NCBI RefSeq assembly: GCF_001194135.2
Contig: NC_068993.1
Location: 49,619,504-49,683,503, forward strand
From: Octopus bimaculoides
Taxonomy: Eukaryota
Direction of reading: 5' to 3'
DNA: 64,000 nucleotides
Position numbers and translations under genes: made by a program. The notes under the pieces were generated by a model. It worked only from the letters and a program-made list of their open reading frames with translations. It had not been told where the DNA came from and did not search any database. How positions within the stretch are numbered: the first letter of the stretch is position 1; each line of letters starts with the position of its first letter. Positions 13,327 through 26,836 of this stretch are shown one piece after another.

Positions 13327-13919
13327 TTTTTTTTTTTTTTTTTTTTTATTAATACATTCTGTAATCTTCTTTTGTTCATTTTCACATGATAAAAGGCTCT
13401 GCTTTATTTATTCTCTGTATGTCCTTTATTTATTTGTTTGTTACATTGCTTTGCTAGTCACACTTTTAACAATAGAAACATATCTTTTCAAGGGACATAA
13501 CTTGCTTGTGTGATTATTCAACTGAAGCAAAAGCTTGCTTATTTCTAAGGGGGCATAACCATTTGGAAGGTTATTCCAGTTGATAAGTATAAGATCATTA
13601 CCAAAGGGACACAACTTTTTGTATGGATCATTACAGTAATTATTATAGTAATAACTTAATAATATTAATAATAACCACTTGTGAATAATAACAATTTTCA
13701 GAAAAAATGCAGGATTTTAAAATTTATTTCTATGGAACAGTTTTAAAATTAATGTTAAATGAAGTTACACATATATTTTATGACAAACTAGTGTTGTAGT
13801 TATTCTGTTATTATTTCAAAAGTGGATGGGTTATTATGTAAAATTAATAACTTTTAGTATCATTACAGACTTAAATAGAACTAATTTAAAGAAAAGTGTG
13901 ATATAAATGTGGATATTGA

Positions 13920-15410
13920 GTATTAGTGTTTGTATGTGTGTGTTTGTTTATATCTATGTATGCAGCCATATATGTATACAAGAGTATATATACATGCATA
14001 TATGTATACGTAAATATGTCTACATGCAAATATTTATATATATTATATGGACGTGCATATATAAATATTTATAGAAACATAGTATACACCTATACAGCCA
14101 CATATGTGCATTTGTGTGTGCATGCATACACAGGTATGTATGTATGTATGTATCTGTCTGTGTATGCATGTATGTGTATACATGTACATACTTGCATGTG
14201 TGCACACATGCATGTACACTCATATATGTATGTATGTATATATATATATATATATATATGTATATGTATATGTATATGTATATATATGTGTATATGTATA
14301 TATATATGTATATATGTATATGTATATATATATACACACACATACATACATATGTACACTTTGTACACTTATATATATCTACACACACACAATAATACCC
14401 ACACAGAGAAGCACACACTAACTTATACGTATATGCACATGTGTGCATCATCAATCCATAGAAAATGTTTGTCCCAGAAGAAGTTTATAACCTATGAAAG
14501 CATCATAAAGGGGATGTTACTGCAGTGATGATGATTTATACCTACATATATATGTCTGTAAGCATTATCCACATGCACATTCATGTATTCTTTTTTACTT
14601 GTTTCAGTTATTTGATTATGGCCATGCTAGAGCATCATATACACGCATGCATACATACATACATAAATATATATATATATACAAATATATATATAGATAT
14701 ATGCGCACATGTGTGTATACACACACACACACACACTCACACACACACACATTCATACTTGAATGTACATGTATGAATATTTATAAACATGTTTCACAAA
14801 CATATACGTTTGTGCATGTGTGTGTATATGTGCATGCGTGCACACACACACACACACACACACACTTATATACACATAAAAATAGGCAATAAGACTAATA
14901 TTGCACTAAATCCAATGAACGCACAAGCATTTAGATAGTAGCACATAAACATGCATTTAATATTGACACACGCTTATACACTGTAAACGTAAGTCACTCA
15001 CACCATACAAGGAAATATAACACACACGAACAATATTAATACACTAATACAGATGAAAAGCACACACACATGTAGCTATAAAACAATATACATCTTACCA
15101 TGTATAACATACACGCACAAAAGCCAATAAGCACATGCACACTCTCACTGGAACAAATCAACAAACACATACATACATACACACACACACACTCAACTTC
15201 ACATGCATAAACTCCAAACATACATACACCACTACACAAGCAACCATCTTCTCTCACACACAAGCACAATGCTATATAGCTCAATAAACAAACATTGATA
15301 TACAATACACATCAACAATGCCCACCACACACTCATACACATGCGTACACAAACACAACCACATAGCAGAATATCAAGCGAATTACACTAACACACATTT
15401 TTATAAAACA
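13920..15410. repeat. ~1.5-kb cryptic alternating purine-pyrimidine low-complexity tract
   Basis: TATG/TA/CA/TG repeats grading into CA-rich cryptic sequence; this explains ORFs 13926-15305. Confidence 0.85.
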
Positions 15411-15429
15411 ACAATAAGTGCTCAGACAC

Positions 15430-16047
15430 AAGTGCCACACCCTAACAGTTGAGGGAGCCCGTGGAAGAGGTAGGCCCAGGAAGACCTGGGCTGAGGTGGT
15501 GNNNNNNNNNNNNNNNNNNNNNNNNNNNNNNNNNNNNNNNNNNNNNNNNNNNNNNNNNNNNNNNNNNNNNNNNNNNNNNNNNNNNNNNNNNNNNNNNNNN
15601 NNNNNNNNNNNNNNNNNNNNNNNNNNNNNNNNNNNNNNNNNNNNNNNNNNNNNNNNNNNNNNNNNNNNNNNNNNNNNNNNNNNNNNNNNNNNNNNNNNNN
15701 NNNNNNNNNNNNNNNNNNNNNNNNNNNNNNNNNNNNNNNNNNNNNNNNNNNNNNNNNNNNNNNNNNNNNNNNNNNNNNNNNNNNNNNNNNNNNNNNNNNN
15801 NNNNNNNNNNNNNNGGCACATAAAAGACACCATTTCGAGCGTGGCCGTTTTCGTGCGGGTGACACGTAAAAGCACCCACTACACTCTCTGAGTGGTTGGC
15901 GTTAGGAAGGGCATCCAGCTGTAGAAACTCTGCCAAATCGGACTGGAGCCTGGTGTTGCCATCCGGTTTCACCAGTCCTCAGTCAAATCGTCCAACCCAT
16001 GCTAGCATGGAAAGCGGACGTTAAACGATGATGATGATGATGATGAT
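15430..16047 (+). mobile_element. 5'-truncated RTE-clade LINE 3' end (ORF2 C-terminus, gap, 3'UTR, (GAT)n tail)
   Basis: Translates KCHTLTVEGARGRGRPRKTWAEVV (GRGRPRKTW is the RTE ORF2 C-terminal motif). After the gap it ends gcatggaaagcggacgttaaacgatgatgatg. Confidence 0.85.
15502..15814. other. Assembly gap (313 N) inside the RTE copy
   Basis: N run. Confidence 1.
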
Positions 16048-16460
16048 ATACATCTTACATATACTATGCTTCATTTCGTCTCCCATGTTTGAAGCATTCT
16101 CTTCTTCCTTCTCACTTTCTGGTCGTTTTCAATACAATGTCATTATCAGATTTGTTTGTGGATTCTTGTCTTTCTTACAGTTTTTCTCTTTTAGCATTTT
16201 CTGGGGTTTTTTTAATCTTATCACATCTCTCATTAATTCTTCTGATGAAGTGTTTATGTCTCAAACGTTAAGACATTTCTGTTTCTGTTTCCCTGAGCTT
16301 GAAACTATTAACTAAAACTTTCATTATATATCATCTTTGATGTTGTTTTCATGGTTCTATCCATCTAACTGTCATATGTACACATATTTGTGTGTGTGTG
16401 TGTTTACTCTTTGAATATGAAATCATTCCATTGAGATGTTTGAAGCAACTTCTATCTTCG

Positions 16461-16492
<32 letters not shown>

Positions 16493-19009
16493 ATGTGTAT
16501 CTAAACATTTTTGTACATGTATTAGATGTACATTGATAGAATTGTTATTAAGGAGGCTGAAGTCCTATCATATATAAGTATATATGGTTTGAAGTTTATC
16601 AGCGATATTACTTGGTATATTATTAGCCTTAATTTTTGCCTATTTACTATTATGATCGATCTATCAGCATTGTTTGAAATTTGTTTTAAAAGAATATTAT
16701 AGCAATATTTTGATTCAACAGATCATTCTGAATGTGTGACTTTGCAGACCACTATAACCCATTCAGATTATTAAGTGGATTAAGGAATTTTGCTTCAAAT
16801 AGTAGCACAGCTCCAGTATTGAATACCTGAAGCTCAAAATCAAAATTCCTGCTACTGATGATAATGATGGTGATGATGTTGTAATCTCATTACACATCAA
16901 AGGTGGTTTGTTTTTAGAGGGAATGGTATCATGGGAAATTATCCAATTTAGATCAATTGAAAATAATTTCAACATGAAATGTATATTTCTAAAAAAGAAA
17001 AAGGAAAGAAAAAGAAACTAGACCCACCCACTCACTTATGTACACATGTTCTTACCCTCACTGTTGTCTGTTTTTATCATCTACACACACACACACACAC
17101 ACACACTAATCCACATACACAACCCTCTTAAGCATTCTCACCCCACACTCATCCAAATGTACCATATTTAGTCATATTCACACACACATACGCACACATC
17201 CACACTCACACAAACACATGCAAATATTCATCCATACATATTGATAATAATAAATATCAAAACAAATCAAGTCTCTATTTGTAGATAAATAATATTAGAA
17301 TCAGTGAATAATTGACAATGAATAGAAATAAATGAGTGATGTTTATAATACAAAACCATTAATAACTTGGGATTATGTGTACTCTGGAAAATTTAATCAA
17401 CATTTTAGGATGTGGTCCACTACTCTCTCTTTGCCCTCTGTGTATGTATGCATGTGTCCATGTCCACACATGTTCATGTACATTTGCATGTGGTGTATGT
17501 AAATATAATGTCAGTCTATGACTTCATGCTTTCTGTGTGCATTCACACACATGAGCATACACAAAATTTAAACACTTTGTACAGGCATCCACACATAAAC
17601 ACACAAGCACTCACACATTCAAGCGTTTGTGTGTGCCAGTGTTGTATGTAAATAAACTCATTCACTCACACTATTATCCACATATGTATGTGCATATCAC
17701 ATTATGTAATCAAGCTGTGTGTTTGGTAAATTTGTCAATATAATAAACTGAAATCTGAAGACATAAACCAGACATGTCAAATGCTTTTCCATCTGTACTT
17801 TTGATGTATTTCTTCTAGTTTCTGGTTACAATAGCAATCGTACCACTCTCACTACACCTTGTTATCCACTGCTCTACTAATATACTATTCTTTTCTTGAT
17901 TTTTCTGTTTGCATATGTAATAACTGTTTGTTGCCTCTGTTGATATTTTAAGCAAATAAATTTTGAAACTGATAAACTCATATCATTTAAATTTTTTTCT
18001 TCTTCCCTCTCGCTTCGTGAATATTTATATTCTATGAATATCTAATCTGATATTTTTCGTTTGTATCTTATTCAGGTTTGTAGTTGCATTATCCATTTCA
18101 TCATTTAAATTCTACTTAGCTCTAACTGTCATGCCTCACTGGCTTGTAACTGCTGTTTGGAAATATTACCAGTTACTATATCATGTTTTCAGATTTTATG
18201 TGTAGATATTACGTCTTTTGAAACTAGTATCTTCCTTGATGTTTTTATTTGATTTTTAATTTTATTTCATTTTGTTCAATCAATAAACATTGCCAAAAAA
18301 TGTTTCCCAGCCAAAGTTCGGTATAATACTTATATCTCTTATCTGTAACTGATACACTTGAGTTTGAAAGTTTTTCTCTTTTTTTAATATACTCTCAAAA
18401 AATAATTTCATTTCTTACTATTTTTGCTCTTCTTTACAAAAAAAATTAATTTCTTTTACATCCAGATTGATTACTTTTGGTACATTTTGGTACTTGTTTT
18501 AGTATCATCATGCATATGTTTAACAAAGTCAAAACATGCCTGTTTTATTTATTTATTTTCATGGAATTTAAAACTGAATATTTTTTGTTTTATTTTTATT
18601 GTAAATTAAATTTGCAACTAGAGAAATTTGTGACTGCTTGAATTAAGTACTTGTTTTGTACTATAGGCCATAGTTCTGGGTTAGTTGGGTAATTTTATAA
18701 CACTTAACAGCTATTTTATTAATGGATACCCTAGAGGTGAATTAACAGCCAAGCTAATTTTGTTGAATCTGTTATTTATTCACACCTAGCATGTTCTGAA
18801 AGTCTCATTATGTTCATATAATTGTTACTCTAGTTGTTTTATAACTACATTCTCTGTAACTATGTGACACCACTCGATTAACATAGTTTTACATTTTAAC
18901 ACCTCAAAATGCTTTGGAACATATCACACTAGACTTGATAAAAAGCACATCTTGTGTGTTGTGAATAATGGTTTGCTTACAATAGAATTGCTAAAAAGTT
19001 TTGATAAAT

Positions 19010-19381
19010 TTATGTGTAAATATGGTAGCTATAATGGGTTGAGTTCCACTGTATGGCACCTTGGGCCATGAAGTGTTTACTGCTATAGCCCCAGGCCACC
19101 CAATACTGGTAGACAGAAACTGTTTGAAGCTACACACATACACATATACATATCTACGATGGTGTGTGTGTGTATAATATGTGTTTGTCTCCCCACCTGT
19201 GACAACGGATGCAGGTTTGTTTTTGTTCTCATAACTTGATGGATCAGCAAAAAGAGAATGGTAGAAAAAGTACCAGACATGAAATCAATATTTGAGTCAA
19301 TTTGATTTGACTAAAACCTTCAAGATGGTACCCCAGCATGGCTGCCATCTAGTGACTAAAAGAAGTAAATGAATAAAAGAA
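19010..19381 (+). mobile_element. Older diverged copy of the CORE-type SINE
   Basis: gggttgagttccactgtatggcaccttggg...gtagacagaaactg...tttgtctcccc...gacaacggatgc...cagcatggctgcc...aagtaaatgaataaaaga is collinear with 24497-24965. Confidence 0.75.
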
Positions 19382-21034
19382 AAAAATGTCAAAATGATGT
19401 TTCGTGATAGATCTCTAATATATTGGGAATAACTCATAGAATTTCAAGATTTTAGGTCACTGTATAATATTAAAATAAATATCATTTGAGACGCTCATGA
19501 ATAACAATTTGCACATTGAGATATTTCATTATTTATCTGCATTTGTACATGCTTTTGACAATAAGCATTTTTATTGGTCAGACAGACATCTTCTGTTTGG
19601 CCCACTGAACTATTGACGGTACTTAATTTTCCATGTGGATTTTTGATAATGTTTCAGTTTTTAAGGTTATGGTTTAGCTGTTGAGAAGATCTATCTTGGT
19701 ATTTGAGACAGTTGCTATGATACTAGAGGGAACACGTCCTTAAAAAGTTGTACATTACAGCTTGCAATGAACAGTATGTAGACATATGCTTTTGCAATTT
19801 TGCGGGTTGAAAATTAACATTTGTTGATGTTCTCTCATAAATACCACCTGTGTTTAACTAATAGCAATATGAAGTTGTAATTTGTAGATAAACAATTGTT
19901 TTGCTGTAGCATGTAATTATTCTTCTTATTTGGCATATTCAACTTAAAATGATAGTTTCAGCAATAGATTCTTTATATAACAGAAAAGTTCACGAGTTTG
20001 GATAAGTCCATATGCCATGGAGAGAAGAAGAATGAGATGTTTTAGGATTGATGCTTTATCCAAGAGAAAATAAATTTTAGATCATATTTTTTAATCCTGG
20101 CCTTTCATGTTTGTAACTCATGTAGATATAATGCAGAAGGCAAAACATTGATTGTGTATTCTGTTTAAGAAATTTGTTTTTGTCTAAATGGATACAATAA
20201 ATTAGTTGATATGTTTGGTTCACATTGAGAATCTGACAGACTTGTTTATCTTTTAAGTAACAGCTACAGAATTTGAATAATAGTTAAGGTGATACTAATT
20301 AGAAGATTTAAATAGTTTATAGACATCTGGCAAAAGAGCGGGTAGCAATAACTAAAGTTACTTAAATCTTGGAATTATGACTTTCCATATGGTAGAGTGG
20401 GTATATAGTGAGACAATAAGGGCTATAAAATCAAGCTGTAGAACTATATTTGTTTCAAACTCTGATATTGGAAGTCATAAAAACTGAAACGAAATAGTAG
20501 AAATAAAATGACTATAAAACTTTTTGAGAGCGTAGTACGAACCTGCCTTATCTAGGTAAAGATTTTATGTTAATGGAGAATGGAGGCAGCCAAACTGTCT
20601 TGTCAGGATGAAGTGGAAAGATGAAGAAAAAGAAAATCACAAACATAGTAAAAACATTGTTGAGGATGATACAATCTGTTGCCAATAGAAACCAAATAGC
20701 CTGTGCCTTGATGATGGAGATTTAAACAGATCTTGTTTCCGTAATTTTTTCCCTGTACTATTTGTTATCATTGATATTTGCCATCTACTTCAGTTATCAC
20801 TTATAGGCAGCTGTAATCTGATAATTTAAATAAAGCTATACTAATCTACTATCAGCCATTGTCAGCCAGCCATGACACAATTTATTATCATATTGTCCAT
20901 GTCTAATCTGCATAATAGTAGCTACTGGTGGCAAAGATTCATTTGTGTGTTCAAGATGTATTATCTTTAGTTGTTAGTTACTGTTGGCAAACAGATATTA
21001 ACATGTTTGAAATTAAACAGTTCAGAAAACATGA

Positions 21035-21120
21035 GAGAGAGAGAGGGGGAGAGATAAGGAGAGAAAACTAGAGGGACAGAGAAGGAGAGAGAGAGAGAGA
21101 GAAAGGGACAGATGGACAAA
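21035..21120. repeat. (GA)n-rich polypurine tract
   Basis: Directly visible. Confidence 0.85.
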
Positions 21121-21663
21121 CAGACAGCAAGCAAGAGACAGTCATGTTTGATACCTTTAACATACTTTTATTTTTTTTAATATAAAATACCTTGTCATTT
21201 ACCAAATTTTCCTTTAAATGGCTCTGACGGACCAATTTAGCTGGAGTTTCTATTTCAAATACTAATTTTATAAAAATTTATTGTTTAAAATATGTGATAA
21301 TGAAAGAACAAAAGCATTTGCGAAGGTAGTATTTCATTGATTAGAATATTGGTTTCTTTTTAAACCAGTCAGAAAAGCTCTTTATTTTATTGGGAGAAAT
21401 GGTGTGATTGTCATGTCTTTCCCAAAGGTTTTAGCAGCTTAAGTGAAGTGAAATTGCTTTGGACTGGGAATTGGATCCATGTAATGGACTCAGCATGTCA
21501 AGAACTTACCACTTGCTTGCTCTACAACACTCACCTTAATTGGAATATAACTGAAGCGTTTGTTTCTGTCTACCCTAAGTTCCAATAAGTATGTTCTATT
21601 ACTGAATTCATGAAACTTCATTATACTCTATTACTAATGTTTGTATTTAGCAATGTATGTATG

Positions 21664-21696
<33 letters not shown>

Positions 21697-21699
<3 letters not shown>

Positions 21700-21970
21700 T
21701 CGTTGCCAGTGCCCCTGGACTGGCTTGTGCGGGTGGCACATAAAAGACACCATTTCGAGCGTGGCCGTTTTCGTGCGGGTGACACGTAAAAACACCCACC
21801 ACACTCTCTGAGTGGTTGGCGTTAGGAAGGGCATCCAGCTGTAGAAACTCTGCCAAATTAGATTGGAGCCTGGTGTTGCCATCCGGTTTCACCAGTCCTC
21901 AGTCAGATCGTCCAACCCATGCTAGCATGGAAAACGGACGTTAAACGATGATGATGATGATGATGATGAT
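21697..21970 (+). mobile_element. RTE LINE 3'UTR fragment inserted in a (TA)n tract
   Basis: Nearly identical to 15815-16047 (about 7 substitutions by eye); (GAT)n tail; (TA)n on both sides. Confidence 0.9.
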
Positions 21971-22734
21971 ATATATATATATATATACATGTAGTGTAAT
22001 GTTAGTTCAATAATTGTTTAAATTCTTTCTACATGGTTTTTATGAAAGAAACAAGGCTTCATTATTGGAATTTGGATAATAAAAACAGTGTTAAACTCTG
22101 GAAAAATCTAGAATATTTTTACTATTTTGCTTATAGATTATATTTGCAAAGTGCATATCAGCTGGTTACTTGCTTTGCCTGAAAACCCTAGCTTTTCAAA
22201 ACTTCCGTCTGCACATAACTATGTGCACCGATAGTTATAGATATAAATATGAATTTATAATCTGGGAAGAGAAGCAATAAGCTTTAAAGCAATTGTCACT
22301 GATTTTGAAAGAAAAAATCATTTCTTCAGGTAACTACCACTATCATGGTACATAATGCTCTTTTTCTGTCCTAAATAGCCTTACCAAGACTATCATGCTT
22401 GCACTTATTGGAAGTTTTGATGAGAATATTTTGTCAATAAACCTTGTATTGATACATATCTATGTATAGCGTCGAATGTTGTTTTAGAAACTTAATGATA
22501 TTTTGAGGCATGCTGCTGATCACGTTTAATTTCTTTCATAGAAATGTGGCATAACTGACATTTTCAGTTGTATCTTGAGAATTTAAACATGTCACTGTTT
22601 CCTTCATTCATTAAGTATTTCGTTTCTTGTCCCTTGCTGTTAAATTGCAAAAGCATAACTTTTTGACATGTGATATAATTGTCATGAGTCCAAGAAAGGC
22701 CGTACTTCATGATACTATTAGAACCATCTTCAGA

Positions 22735-22821
22735 TGGTGAATTGGCAGAATTGTTAGCATACCAGGTATAATGCTCGGTAGCATTTCGTCCATCTTTACA
22801 TTCTGGGTTCAAATTCTGCCA
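22735..22821 (+). mobile_element. Nin-type SINE 5' head (3'-truncated)
   Basis: tggtgaattggcagaattgttagc...gggttcaaattctgcc (A-box/B-box-like). Confidence 0.7.
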
Positions 22822-22837
22822 AATACTTTATATAATT

Positions 22838-22959
22838 TATCTTAAAGAGATGAAAGGCAAAGCTGTTCTCTTTTAGGATCTGAGTGCAAAGTGCAGAGAT
22901 GCAACAAATATTATGAGGCATCTTTTCTAACATTCTAACAATTCTGCCAATCCATCACC
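22838..22959 (-). mobile_element. Decayed Nin-type SINE
   Basis: agatgaaaggcaaag (reverse Nin domain) and ctaacaattctgccaat (reverse head). Confidence 0.6.
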
Positions 22960-23052
22960 ACCATAATCTTCTGATTTGAAGTCAGAACATAAAGACAGAA
23001 GGAATACCACTAAAAGTTTTGTCTGGTGTGCTTAACAACAACAACAACAGCA

Positions 23053-23253
23053 ATAATAATGATTTCAAATTTTGGCACAATTTTGGGGGAAGGGATAAAT
23101 CAATTTGATCGACCTCAGTGTTTATCTGGTACTTATTCTATCGACAGCGAAAGGATGTAAGATAAAACTGACCTCTGTTGAATTTGAACTCGGAGTATAG
23201 AGACAGATAAAATGCCATTAGGTATTTTGCCTGGTGTGCTAATGATTCTGCCA

Positions 23254-23254
<1 letters not shown>
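23053..23254 (-). mobile_element. Nin-type SINE, near full length, (AAT) tail
   Basis: ttttggcacaa...ctggtacttattctatcgac..gaaaggatg...gacctc..gaatttgaactc...gctaatgattctgccag. Confidence 0.8.

Positions 23255-23332
<78 letters not shown>
23255..23332. repeat. Perfect (AAT)26 microsatellite
   Basis: Directly visible. Confidence 0.97.
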
Positions 23333-23333
<1 letters not shown>

Positions 23334-24496
23334 CTTGTTTGTGATTTTGAGGTCTGCTGTACACTCTCTTTCATATATTAGAGTTAAAGGTTTATACCAT
23401 TATTAACTTGGCTACCGGTATCTTCTCATACATATTGAGTTAATTTCAATCTTAGAAAATGTTCCAATAGTTATAATTAGTTTAATTATTCTAAATCGAA
23501 AGGTTAATTAATTGGCTCTCTATTAAACGTAGAAATGTGGTTATTTTTCTGACATAAACCTAGTATATTGGCTTCAGCAATATCCATCATGGTTTTCATA
23601 AGATGGGAAGAACAACTACAGTACTCTCTCATAATTATGTGTGGTCTCCAGTTCATTTCAATTTATCCAGCTCTTGTCATTTTTATTACTTAATTATTTT
23701 CAACAGTCACTGTGACAAAAAGTCAACATGTGGCTAGAGGTGACAAATCAGCTAAGTGACCAATGAGAAGTAATGCAGCAAGGATATCGATGAAATAAAA
23801 TACTGCAAGTACCAGTTGATCTGTTGACGTTGAAGTGTAGGATATCAAATGTAAGAGTGAAAGGTTAAAAGTTAATCTTTAATTGTAAATCAAAGATGAG
23901 TGACCTTTTAGAATTTTGTGAAGCAAAATCTAGTCCTGATTACGAATCATTTGTTAGGAATGTTACAAAATAGTGTTTAAACATTTAAAAACCTTGCACA
24001 TGTCTACACATGTGAAAACACACACGCACACACACACACATGCATGCATGCACACAGGTATGTCACTGATTTCAGGCAACTGTTGATTTAGTGCCTCTTT
24101 TAATGGGAAGATAATTTTGAGTAGACATTTGAATTTCCCATATGAAAGGATAGATATATGCAACTAAATATAATGCCATGTGCTAATGTGGCATTATATA
24201 TATATATAATGCCTAAAGATCTTCTCTTGATAAATGACTCTGAAAGCACATGTTAACAGATAATTTATCTTCACTGCAGAGAATGCAGTGTCCTAGCATG
24301 AACGAAGAAATGGTAAATATATGCTCTTCACAGTTACATTTCATGAGAAGATTCTGGGATTCTGGAAAAGGGTGTCTAGAGATCAGTAGCAACTTCACTA
24401 TCACCACATATCTCATCCTTAATCCATATATGCCCATAAAAAATGAAGTCTTAAAATTTCACTGTATTTAGATTAAATGTTGTTGTAAATGTTATA

Positions 24497-24661
24497 GGCG
24501 CAGGAGCGGCGGTGTGGTAAGTAGCTTGCCTACCAACCACATGGTTCCGGGTTCAGTCCCACTGCGTGACACCTTGGGCAAGTGTCTTCTACTATAGCCT
24601 CGGGCCGACCAAAGCCTTGTGAGTGGATTTGGTAGACGGAAACTGAAAGAAGCCCGTTGTA

Positions 24662-24692
<31 letters not shown>

Positions 24693-24965
24693 NNNNNNNN
24701 NNNNNNNNNNNNNNNNNNNNNNNNNNNNNNNNNNNNNNNNNNNNNNNNNNNNNNNNNNNNNNNNNNNNNNNNNNNNNGTCGCTTGACAACCGATGCTGGT
24801 GTGTTTACGTCCCCGTAACTTAGCAGTTTGGCAAAAGAGACCGATAGAATAAGTACTAGACTTACAAAGAATAAGTCCTGGGGTCGATTTGCTCGACTAA
24901 AGGTGGTGCTCCAGCATGGCTGCAGTCAAATGACTGAAACAAGTAAAAGAGTAAAGAGAGAGTAA
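24497..24965 (+). mobile_element. Young full-length CORE-type SINE (tRNA head, CORE, (TA)n/gap, Nin-like segment, gagtaa-type tail)
   Basis: ggcgcaggagcggcggtgtggtaag (A-box), gggttcagtccc (B-box), accttgggcaagtgtcttctactatagc (CORE-like), tail catggctgcagtcaaatgactgaaacaagtaaaagag; CpGs retained. Confidence 0.92.
24693..24777. other. Assembly gap (85 N) in the SINE internal microsatellite
   Basis: N run. Confidence 1.
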
Positions 24966-25179
24966 GCTTTCACAATCTGGAAGAGAAGGACAGTATGCAA
25001 CTGTTAGCTATGGGTGTTGACTACCTACCAAACATTTCGTACGCTTGATCAGATGCTTCCCGGTGAGTTCATGCCCAAACAAGTAGGAGCAGGTTTTGCA
25101 TTGTGAAAACACATCAGTATCATATGAGAACTGTAATTGCTCATTAGACACTGCAAATTAGTCTCTGCACGCAGACATA

Positions 25180-25400
25180 TGGTGTTCAGAAATATTCTAA
25201 ACCCCCTCATCAAGTGGCCTCTTCCTGCCAGTACTTCTGTATCTCCTCCTTTGAACTTTACTATAAAGAACCTGCTAATTAAAACTTCTGCTCTCCCTCT
25301 CTCTTTTATCTGTATAGAATTTTTTTTTATATGGTTGTCTCAGGAGTATACTGGAGTTTATTCAAGAAATCATACCCTCCCTCTTATATAAACAAATCTC
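25180..25400 (+). mobile_element. Possible decayed CR1/Jockey-group LINE ORF2 C-terminal fragment
   Basis: VFRNILNPL...SVSPPLNF...SLFYLYR weakly resembles AFRLIxxPxL...LQPLxxRRxVASLSLFYRY; frameshifted. Confidence 0.3.
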
Positions 25401-25440
25401 CCCAGCCAAAAGAAATCAATTTCCATATATCTTTGGTTCT

Positions 25441-25637
25441 TGTTGTTCAGTCTAAAATCACTCTTATTTCAGGTGATCCCTGATCAGATATTCCAGATGC
25501 AACTATCCCATTCTTTTTCTTACCTAGGAACAGTGTTCAACAGGCTACATTATCCAATGCCACCTCTCTGGTAGGATGCTATTTGATTGATATTTCTAGC
25601 AGGTGAAGCAACCACATAGAGACTATCATATTGGCTT
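25441..25637 (+). repeat. Family U dispersed repeat copy
   Basis: tgatcagatattccagatgcaactatccc...tatttctagcaggtgaagcaaccacatagag. Confidence 0.55.
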
Positions 25638-26539
25638 GACATATCTTTAGTTTATATTCTTGGCATTATGTTAAAATGTGTTGTGTGGTGTGACCTGGGC
25701 TGTATATAAAAACAAACTCAGTTTGTTGTTTCGGTTTCAATTTATTCAATTATCCTATGATCTTTGGTTTTGACAAGCTGAATAGAAAATCATGGCATTA
25801 ATATTTTTATCCCCTCTAATGTGTTTATTCATAAATGAACTTGTAAGTGCTTGTAGGGATCAGAGCAGCATCTTATGTCATTGACAAATTTAAAAAAAAA
25901 ACTAGAAAAAAAAAATGAATAAAAAAAATAGACATAGTTTCAAACATAAAGTTTCTTCAAGTAACATATATGCCTATGCTATCCATGAACTTTTTAGACA
26001 TTGAGCTACACCAGCAGTGTAATTTGATACAAAATCTAGCATAATCATGTGTTTGGTTTCTCTCTCCCTGACATCAATGAAATAATGTGTTTCCTCTTCC
26101 AAAATCAATATATTGAGCTACTTATAACCAATTGATTGGCAGTGTTAGGCTCTTAATATAAATGTGGAGCACTTGCGTTTGTGCTCATAAAATCAATCAT
26201 TTGTTTAAATGACATTTTATGTTTCATAACAAGATTTCTTCAATATGTTCACTTGACAAAAGCCTTTTATTATATCCATGGTATTTTGGGTTCAGGGCAA
26301 ATCTACATTTTATAGTTTGCTTTTAAATGTTAGCAGTGATCACTTGGAATAATAGATAGTATAAAATCTCAGTATATCTTCAAACCTAGGTTCTTTGACA
26401 TATACACTATAGGAATTGCAGTAAAAAGACTTTTCACTTTTAAATCCAGCTTAGTGCATACCAACTTGTACCAGTATTAGCTTTGTGGGCTTAATATGAT
26501 CTTAATTGCGTGTGTGCGCATGCACGTGTATGTACTATA

Positions 26540-26599
<60 letters not shown>

Positions 26600-26836
26600 T
26601 GTATTTGTACGTGTGTAGTAAGATGTATAGTTCACTAAGAAAATAAGTAGATATGCTATTAGAACACACTGCTTTTGCTTGTACTACAAGAAATAGCAGC
26701 TAAATGTCCATCAGTAAATATATCAGTAATTATTCCAGTGTTATTCTTAACTAGCTTTTAGCATAATATTGTTATTTAAAATCTATATATATATATGTGT
26801 GTGTGTGTTTGCATATATGTATCACTATATGTATTA

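Noticed and set aside
13926-14892. 200-aa and overlapping ORFs rich in Y/I/C/V/M/H
   Set aside because: Translation of alternating purine-pyrimidine microsatellites, which are open in many frames on both strands.
17770-18430. Minus-strand A-rich stretch with STDGKAFDM resembling the RT motif DxxKAFD
   Set aside because: A single short motif amid many stops; too weak to call a LINE remnant without a search.
24497-24570. tRNA genes at SINE heads (also 33080-33156, 63200-63272)
   Set aside because: The A/B boxes continue into CORE-type SINE bodies without a complete cloverleaf, so these are SINE heads, not tRNAs.
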